From an uncultured Lachnospiraceae bacterium (GTDB taxonomy: Bacteria; Bacillota; Clostridia; Lachnospirales; Lachnospiraceae), in contig CADBNO010000256.1 of the NCBI GenBank assembly GCA_902796105.1, positions 1 to 53,432 on the forward strand: DNA of 53,432 bases, in the 5' to 3' direction. This document shows, piece after piece, positions 48,256 through 53,432 of this stretch. The notes under the pieces are model-generated. The model was given only the letters and a program-made list of their open reading frames with translations, was not told where the DNA came from and did no database searches. The position numbers and the translations under genes were made by a program. How positions within the stretch are numbered: position 1 is the first letter of the stretch; each line of letters opens with the position of its first letter.

Positions 48256-49929
48256 ATGGAAAAATTAGTTGAAAGATCACACGTCTCTACAATAAAGATC
48301 CGTCTGGAGCCGATAGGGGATAAGGCAGAGATCAAAAGAGTAACGGATTATCTAAAAAACGGGATGGAAGTACAATCCACCATGATGAACCAGTACATTT
48401 CTGCGCTCTATGTAGCCAAAAAGAATAATATTCCCCAGGAAGAATGGAAGCAGATTGCAGCTACCTACTCAAGAATCCCTGGATCTTCGAAGGGTTCCGC
48501 TTATAGCATGGATATCCTGCCGAAATATCCCACAGGACTTCCACTTGCAGGATCCATACCTTTCAATGTAAATAAAAAATTCAACGCAGCGTGTAAAAAA
48601 GGTCTTTTACACGGTACGATATCGCTTCCAACCTTTAGAAAAGATTACCCCCTCTATGTTCACAATTACTTTGTGAGCATTGCTGGCTCCAAAACAGGCA
48701 GTTCTGGGAAACCAGTAAGGACCGGCATTACACATACATACGCATCGATGGAAGATTTTACAACGGCGCTCTACACAAAAAGAACGCCCGAAATCATTCT
48801 CATTTTTGCAAACAATATTAAATTTCAACTCGTTCTGGGGGATATTGGAAAATCTATACAGCTTAGGAAAACTCTTGAAAACTGTTTCAACTACAAGAAC
48901 ACAAAATATGAAATCTGCGATTCCCAGATCCAGCTGAAAAAAGAAAAGATTTTTTTATTGCTTTCTGTAAGGATTCCTTCAATGGAAATTCCCTTAGACG
49001 AAAATAAAGTAGTTGGAGTTTCATTTGGCAAAGATATTCCTCTGATCTGCGCCCTCAATGACGAAAATCATACCACCTTAAAGGTAGGAGATAAGGCAAA
49101 CAGCAGCGATTACAAGACCAAATTGTACGAAAGAAGAAAGCAGCTGCAAATGAGTGCGGCTGATTGCCGAGGAGGTCATGGCAGATCCCGCAAGCTCCAA
49201 CGATTAGAACGGCTCCATGATACGCAAAGAAACTTTATAAAGACGTATAATCACACACTCAGCAAACGTGTCGTTGATTTCGCCCTTTCAAATAATGCAA
49301 AATACATCAATCTGGAAGACATGACTTTTCTGAAAAATCAAGATAAGGATTCCCTCGCGCTGGGCGATTGGGCTTACTATGAATTGCAATCTATGATCCA
49401 GTACAAAGCTGAAGCTAACGGGATTATAGTCCGCAAGGTACTTCCAGCAGCTCCAGTATGCGCAATATGCGGTCATCAGCTTACGGACGAGGAAGATGAG
49501 TTTTTCACCTGCCCCAACCCGACTTGTGCAAAGCATGAGGATAAACGGTTATTAGACTTAGACACCAATGCAGCATGTGCGATTGCAGACAGTAAGGATT
49601 TTACCAAGGAAACTTTAAAGCTCCTCCCGGATCACATAAAGAAAGAATGGAGCAAATCTAACCCAATCGTCGTCGCTAAGAGATACATTACGGTCACTAA
49701 TGACTTCCGAAGAGCAGACGCCGTACTCCTGAAGAATAAAGTAAAATACCAAAACTGCATTATATTTTCAAACGGGATCGTTAAGATCATGTGCGAAGAT
49801 GATTTTTACCATGAATTTGACATCAAGATGGACCTGAAGAATGCAATTGATAAGGAAGAGTACAAAATAATCACAGATATCATTAAAAACAAAAACGATG
49901 CAAATGAGAGATTAGCAGATACAGATTGA
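48256..49929 (+). CDS. cas12f: Cas12f-like (type V-F/TnpB superfamily) effector, predicted nuclease-dead, with C-terminal extension
   Basis: AsCas12f1-like motifs G.ISLPTFRKD.PL, SQI, RGGHGR, NH.LSK.VVDFA, INLEDM (E354), W.YYELQ..IQYKAE..GI.V, CAIC...CPNPTC, D436 in LDTNAA. RuvC-I reads VVGVSFG (S256, codon TCA at 49021) instead of hGhDLG. Directly followed by tracr-like RNA and CRISPR repeats. Confidence 0.88.
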   Translation: MEKLVERSHVSTIKIRLEPIGDKAEIKRVTDYLKNGMEVQSTMMNQYISALYVAKKNNIPQEEWKQIAATYSRIPGSSKGSAYSMDILPKYPTGLPLAGSIPFNVNKKFNAACKKGLLHGTISLPTFRKDYPLYVHNYFVSIAGSKTGSSGKPVRTGITHTYASMEDFTTALYTKRTPEIILIFANNIKFQLVLGDIGKSIQLRKTLENCFNYKNTKYEICDSQIQLKKEKIFLLLSVRIPSMEIPLDENKVVGVSFGKDIPLICALNDENHTTLKVGDKANSSDYKTKLYERRKQLQMSAADCRGGHGRSRKLQRLERLHDTQRNFIKTYNHTLSKRVVDFALSNNAKYINLEDMTFLKNQDKDSLALGDWAYYELQSMIQYKAEANGIIVRKVLPAAPVCAICGHQLTDEEDEFFTCPNPTCAKHEDKRLLDLDTNAACAIADSKDFTKETLKLLPDHIKKEWSKSNPIVVAKRYITVTNDFRRADAVLLKNKVKYQNCIIFSNGIVKIMCEDDFYHEFDIKMDLKNAIDKEEYKIITDIIKNKNDANERLADTD

Positions 49930-49939
49930 GATACAATTT

Positions 49940-50047
49940 CATACACCGGGCTGACTTTGCAGCCTTGAACGTGAGGTATAGGAGCCACGGTTTCGACGGA
50001 TCTGACCGAAAGAGCCGCCTACGCACTCACGAAAGCCTATGCTTGAG
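49940..50047 (+). ncRNA. Putative tracrRNA copy 1
   Basis: Hairpin GGCTG-ACTTTG-CAGCC whose loop CTTTG is complementary to the repeat 3' end CAAAG; long stem CGTGAG...CTCACG; 3' GCCTATGCT (50035-50043) complementary to repeat-A GGCATGGGT. Confidence 0.75.
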
Positions 50048-50257
50048 GGTTTGTAACCATCTATTTTGGCATGGGTACAAAGCGGGGGTGTAATTTTAAA
50101 AAATTCATGTTAAGGGTTGTAACCATCTATTTTGGCATGGGTACAAAGCGTAGATGTAGATATTGTTTTGTGTGAAAGCGGTTTGTAACCATCTATTTTG
50201 GCATGGGTACAAAGCAAAGCTATTATTGGGTGATGTTGCGATGTCAGTGAGGTTTGT
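50048..50257 (+). CRISPR. Mini CRISPR array A: three 36-bp repeats, two 30-bp spacers, plus a third spacer and a possible degenerate end
   Basis: GGTTTGTAACCATCTATTTTGGCATGGGTACAAAGC at 50048-50083, 50114-50149 (1 mismatch) and 50180-50215; unique spacers 50084-50113 and 50150-50179; GGTTTGT remnant at 50251. Confidence 0.9.
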
Positions 50258-50281
50258 TCCCTTACAATTTCAATAATTACA

Positions 50282-50389
50282 CATACACCAGGCTGACTTT
50301 GCAGCCTTGAACGTGAGGTATAGGAGCCACGGCTTCGACGGATCTGGCCGAAAGAGCCGCCTACGCACTCACGGAAGCCCATGTTTGAG
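50282..50389 (+). ncRNA. Putative tracrRNA copy 2
   Basis: 108-nt copy of 49940-50047 with 6 substitutions; anti-repeat GCCCATGTT (50377-50385) fits repeat-B AACATGAGT. Confidence 0.75.
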
Positions 50390-50491
50390 GGTTTGTACCC
50401 ATCTGGTTTAACATGAGTACAAAGCTTGAGGAAATCGTAGGATAGGTAAATTTTGGGTTTGTACCTATCTGGTTTAACATGAGTACAAAGC
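50390..50491 (+). CRISPR. Mini CRISPR array B: two 36-bp repeats and one 30-bp spacer
   Basis: GGTTTGTACC(C/T)ATCTGGTTTAACATGAGTACAAAGC at 50390-50425 and 50456-50491; spacer 50426-50455. Confidence 0.85.
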
Positions 50492-50514
50492 ACGTTATTA
50501 TTATTCCTCATTTT

Positions 50515-50554
50515 TATTCCACGTAAATATTCCACGAACTGACAAGTGAAGAAA
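50515..50554 (+). repeat. Imperfect 40/41-bp direct repeat of 46626-46666
   Basis: TATTCCACGTAAATAT-(TC vs CCG)-CACGAACTGACAAGTGAAGAAA: identical blocks of 16 and 22 bp. Confidence 0.85.
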
Positions 50555-50836
50555 ATGGGGTTTGGAGCGGATCACTAGGCACATTTCACGAAAATAACCC
50601 CTCTGGCTTCGTTGTCGGAGGGCGATTTATATGCCAAAATTGAGGTATGGAGGGCGAAAAAGAATTCATTCATTATAACCCAAATCCCGACAATCTCATC
50701 AAAGAGAACCATCTTCTCAGAAACTTTATCACTAACTATTCGTTAAATTATGGTTTTGCGCATAGTTGAATTTTGGTCAGAAAACACTCTCACAGCCTTT
50801 ATTTATAAGGGTTTTTCACAATTTATGGAGAATTTT

Positions 50837-51394
50837 ATGAAAAAAAATTCACACCTAACATTAGAATCGCGCCACAAAATAAAACAACTTATGGATGATC
50901 AATGTCCCATAAAACTCATTGCTGACAATCTCGGTGTAAGCCGAGGAACTATATACAATGAAATCAATCTAAATTCTTTACCAGACGGCACATATGATCC
51001 GGAATATGCAGAAATACAATCATCGTTGCGCCGAAACCATATCAAGGCAAAAACCGAGAAATTCCCTGCATTAGCCGATTTTATAGCCGAAAAGATCCTT
51101 GTAGACCACTTAAGCGTCGAACAGATCTCAGCCATGATATGTGCCGATAAGGATAATTTTCCGGATCAAACCATTTGCCAGGGATCCATCTACAACTCCA
51201 TAAAGAAAGGTCTGATTCCCGGCGTGACCATGGAAACCTATAAATCCAATAGAACAAAAATGTTCTCCAACGGACTACTAAGGCTTCCGAATTGGGTAAA
51301 AGAACAGACAAATTTTGTGGATGGTGACGAATTTGAGATTGACATCAGCGTAGAAAACCAGATCACCTTTCGGAAAATTGAGAAAGAAAAATAG
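50837..51394 (+). CDS. IS30-type N-terminal HTH fused to an AbrB/MazE-like domain (no DDE domain)
   Basis: HLTLESRHKI...IADNLGVSRGTIYNEI...Y.PEYA and LSVEQI...TICQGSIY match the IS30 transposase N-terminus; NGLLRLPNWVKEQTNFVDGDEFEI....QITFRK is AbrB-like. GGAG RBS before ATG 50837. Confidence 0.7.
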   Translation: MKKNSHLTLESRHKIKQLMDDQCPIKLIADNLGVSRGTIYNEINLNSLPDGTYDPEYAEIQSSLRRNHIKAKTEKFPALADFIAEKILVDHLSVEQISAMICADKDNFPDQTICQGSIYNSIKKGLIPGVTMETYKSNRTKMFSNGLLRLPNWVKEQTNFVDGDEFEIDISVENQITFRKIEKEK

Positions 51395-51412
51395 CAAATA
51401 TTACCGTTTCTG

Positions 51413-51457
51413 ATTGTATAGCAGGCGATTGGCATTGTATAGCATTTGGTATATAAT
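51413..51457 (+). promoter_or_regulatory. TA operon promoter with repeated operator
   Basis: TTGGCA (51429)-17nt-TATAAT (51452); ATTGTATAGCA repeated at 51413 and 51434. Confidence 0.6.
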
Positions 51458-51481
51458 ATAGTTGAAAGGATGGTGAGAAAA

Positions 51482-51743
51482 ATGACGCAAGTAAATTTCC
51501 GTATCGATGATGATATAAAAGCAAATGCCGAGAAAGCCCTTAGTTACATGGGACTTACCATGTCTGCCGCAATTACCATGTTTTTATTCAAGGTTGGCCG
51601 AGAAAAAAAGGATCCCTTTTGAAATTACTGCTGATCCATTCTACAGCGCATCTAATATTGCTGAACTTGAAAGACGTATTGAAAGCATCAAGAATGGCAC
51701 CAGCACCCTAAAGGAACATGATCTTATCGAGGTAGACAAATGA
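51482..51743 (+). pseudogene. relB: RelB/DinJ antitoxin, +1 frameshift in an A7 run
   Basis: MTQVNFRIDDDIKANAEKALSYMGLTMSAAITMFLFKVGREK / RIPFEITADPFYS...; removing one A at about 51603-51609 restores an intact frame. Confidence 0.8.
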
Positions 51744-51776
51744 AAAATCTGGCATGATAAAGCCTGGGAGGAATAA
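51740..51776 (+). pseudogene. Txe/YoeB toxin N-terminal remnant
   Basis: ATGA overlap with the antitoxin stop, then frameshifted IWHDKAWEE-stop, the typical YoeB start (W...AWEDY). Confidence 0.6.
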
Positions 51777-51882
51777 CAGCTACAAGCCTACTCATTTCTC
51801 TTTCCTCCATTCCTTATCTCATCCAGATAACCCGTCCCTCAGCTAAAACAGAGGAGCGGGATTGCACGGCGATCAATCTCAC

Positions 51883-52209
51883 TTACTCCGGATCTTCATA
51901 GAAATCAAAATTCCCTCTCAACACTTCATCATCAGCCATATGCTGTTCAAAAAATTCCAATATTTCAATCAGAGCCATTCCTATATCCACGCGATGTACT
52001 CCAAATTCATAATACATAGTCGGGATTTCTTCCATAGATACATTTGCACACCCAGGTCCCTTCGTCTTGTATTTTATCCCATTTTTTACATACTTAACAG
52101 GATAGCGATACGCCTCCTTATAATTTTTCGTGCTACAGTGATCAGCAATGATCCTCTCTGCCTGTTTAATGAATTCAGCTCTTGCTCGGTCATATTCATA
52201 ACTCGCCAT
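51883..52209 (-). CDS. Hypothetical protein
   Basis: AAGGAG RBS on the minus strand; in an operon with the next two ORFs. Confidence 0.6.
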   Translation of the reverse strand: MASYEYDRARAEFIKQAERIIADHCSTKNYKEAYRYPVKYVKNGIKYKTKGPGCANVSMEEIPTMYYEFGVHRVDIGMALIEILEFFEQHMADDEVLRGNFDFYEDPE

Positions 52210-52215
52210 CTGCTT

Positions 52216-52437
52216 CTACTCCTTTGTTCTTTTTATCAACTCATCCAACTCAACGCATTTACTCAAAAAGTCAATCCTCTCCTGCATCTGAAGGTACGTC
52301 GGACTATGCAGAAAAGTCCCTTCCTCCGCATCTACCAGTTCGTTTATCCGTTTTTCCTGTCTTTCTATGACCTCCATGTATTTTTCTATTGTTTCTTTCT
52401 GCTCATCGATGATCTGCTGCTTTGTTTTTTTCGCCAT
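52216..52437 (-). CDS. Coiled-coil hypothetical protein
   Basis: F..SP.Y..M motif shared with the ORF at 52439-53098. Confidence 0.55.
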   Translation of the reverse strand: MAKKTKQQIIDEQKETIEKYMEVIERQEKRINELVDAEEGTFLHSPTYLQMQERIDFLSKCVELDELIKRTKE

Positions 52438-52438
52438 A

Positions 52439-53098
52439 TCAACCTTCCCCCTCAGATGTCTTCTTTACAACGATCCCCTTGCAGATTTGCGACACCATAC
52501 CGGTAGAAATTCCCTCATAAGCTGCTATCTGTCGTATAGTCCACCCTTGTCTACGGTATTTTCTCACCCGCTTGATTGTAGCATCATCTGTTTTTGGTCT
52601 GCCGGCCGGCTTTGTCTGCTCCGGTCTATCAGGCTCCTCGCCTGCTATAATAGCCTTTAGATGGCTGATCACATCATTTTTCGCCGCAAGCTCCGCCCTT
52701 AATGCGATCAGTTCTTTCTCCATCTCTTCATATGCTTTATAATCCCAGCGCCTTACATCCCCCAAACCTACCCAATACTCGACATCATGTTCTTCGCAGA
52801 GCGCCTTGTTGTCATCCTCCAGCTTCTTTATCCTCTCCAATATCTCAGCATTGTTCTTATGTTCTTTCCGGAACCTGTCCTCATATTCCCGCAGGGTTGT
52901 GGCCAACGTGAGGTCTATGCGCATATTGCGGTATTTAGGGGAATTCTCAAAGTTTTTATCCGCATTTTTCTGCATCTCATGGATTTGTTGATAGGCAGAT
53001 TCCAACGATGCCTGCAATCCCCTTACCAACTCCTGCTCTTTTTTCGTCACAAGCACCCTCTCCTCCCCAAAATAATAAATGAACATATTTATGAACAA
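52439..53098 (-). CDS. Coiled-coil protein with C-terminal Hin/resolvase-type HTH (true start probably a GTG near 53050-53057)
   Basis: GRPKTDD..IKRVRKYRRQGWTIRQIAAYEGISTGMVSQI. Confidence 0.65.
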   Translation of the reverse strand: MFINMFIYYFGEERVLVTKKEQELVRGLQASLESAYQQIHEMQKNADKNFENSPKYRNMRIDLTLATTLREYEDRFRKEHKNNAEILERIKKLEDDNKALCEEHDVEYWVGLGDVRRWDYKAYEEMEKELIALRAELAAKNDVISHLKAIIAGEEPDRPEQTKPAGRPKTDDATIKRVRKYRRQGWTIRQIAAYEGISTGMVSQICKGIVVKKTSEGEG

Positions 53099-53151
53099 AT
53101 TATAGCATGTGCAACCGTAGGCGTCTAGTCAATGTTCATAAATACGTTCAT
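53079..53151 (-). promoter_or_regulatory. Minus-strand promoter bracketed by 19-bp inverted operator repeats
   Basis: TAGACG-17nt-TATAAT (extended TG) on the minus strand at 53127-53099; ATGAACATATTTATGAACA (53079-53097) and TGTTCATAAATACGTTCAT (53133-53151), 18/19 inverted match. Confidence 0.6.
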
Positions 53152-53224
53152 AAATTATTGTTTTCCCTTATTCTGCCTAATTCTTCCGAAGAAACCTTGT
53201 ATTCCTCTAGTTCCAATCCCATGA

Positions 53225-53432
53225 CTAAACCAAAGCACTATAAAATGCCACCATACGATCCATACGTGCAGACATATTGATCATCATAGCATCCAGAATA
53301 GTTATCGCTGTCATGCACTCCATGACCACCACTGCCCTGGGTACGATGATGGGATCGTGTCTGCCTTTTATGGTGAGTTCTGTTTCTTCACCGGTGTTAG
53401 TGACGGTCTGCTGAGGCTGATAGATGGAGGGG
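53225..53432 (-). CDS. aroC: Chorismate synthase, 3' end (partial)
   Basis: Manual translation PSIYQPQQTV...IKGRHDPIIVPRAVVVMECMTAITILD...; GRHDP..VPRA is the AroC signature. Confidence 0.9.
   Translation of the reverse strand, partial: PSIYQPQQTVTNTGEETELTIKGRHDPIIVPRAVVVMECMTAITILDAMMINMSARMDRMVAFYSALV

Larger units (their letters stand above)
1..53151. mobile_element. Conjugative plasmid-like/integrative element (left end outside window; right end approximate, next to aroC)
   Basis: Rep_3 initiator with iterons, PrgI/VirB4/VirB6-like/M23 genes, adhesin plus sortase, TA remnants and many small hypotheticals. A housekeeping gene (aroC) appears only at the far right. No integrase or relaxase recognised inside the window. 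Confidence 0.75.

Noticed and set aside
48256-49929. Ordinary IS200/IS605/IS607 TnpB
   Set aside because: No TnpA or serine recombinase nearby; the downstream RNA is split into tracr-like and repeat-spacer parts; motifs are closer to Cas12f1.
49940-50083. The 108-nt element as a complete omega-RNA whose guide is the CRISPR repeat itself (anti-CRISPR idea, prompted by its TTGAGG end)
   Set aside because: Two separate complementarities to the repeat, one co-varying, are better explained by a tracrRNA:crRNA pair. Not excluded without RNA data.
50084-50179. Self-targeting by spacers 1 and 2 (partial similarity to about 50831-50851 and about 25616-25630)
   Set aside because: Only short, gapped, AT-rich matches expected by chance.
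50110-50535. 141-aa minus-strand ORF
   Set aside because: Translation of the CRISPR repeats (LCTH.K.DGYKP repeated); not a real gene.
48256-51394. CAST (Cas12k) system, or the neighbouring HTH gene as an active IS30 transposase
   Set aside because: No TnsB/TnsC/TniQ recognised; the IS30-like ORF has no DDE domain and no terminal inverted repeats were seen.

Overview
This window looks like a large conjugative element from a Clostridia-type host (probably Lachnospiraceae; inferred from gene content). It abuts the 3' end of a chorismate synthase gene (aroC) at the right edge. From left to right it contains: (1) a giant SpaA/Cna-B repeat adhesin of about 2890 aa with a putative thioester domain, and several pilin-like membrane ORFs; (2) a complete iteron-type origin (DnaA box, AT-rich tract, 13 iterons) with a Rep_3 initiator; (3) a Gram-positive T4SS block (PrgI, VirB4, VirB6-like, M23 hydrolase); (4) a non-coding segment with three 34-bp Xer/FRT-like sites; (5) a class B sortase and a long run of small hypothetical genes; (6) a decayed RelB-YoeB toxin-antitoxin pair. 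The standout is at 46.6-50.6 kb. A DUF2325 coiled-coil gene sits 15 bp upstream of a Cas12f-like effector whose RuvC-I Asp is replaced by Ser (predicted nuclease-dead) and which carries an extra C-terminal domain of about 110 aa. Two tandem tracrRNA + mini-CRISPR cassettes follow (36-bp repeats, 30-bp spacers), and their anti-repeats co-vary with their own repeat types. No cas1/cas2, transposase, sigma factor, relaxase or VirD4 is recognisable in the window. All family calls are from motif recognition by eye, not database searches.
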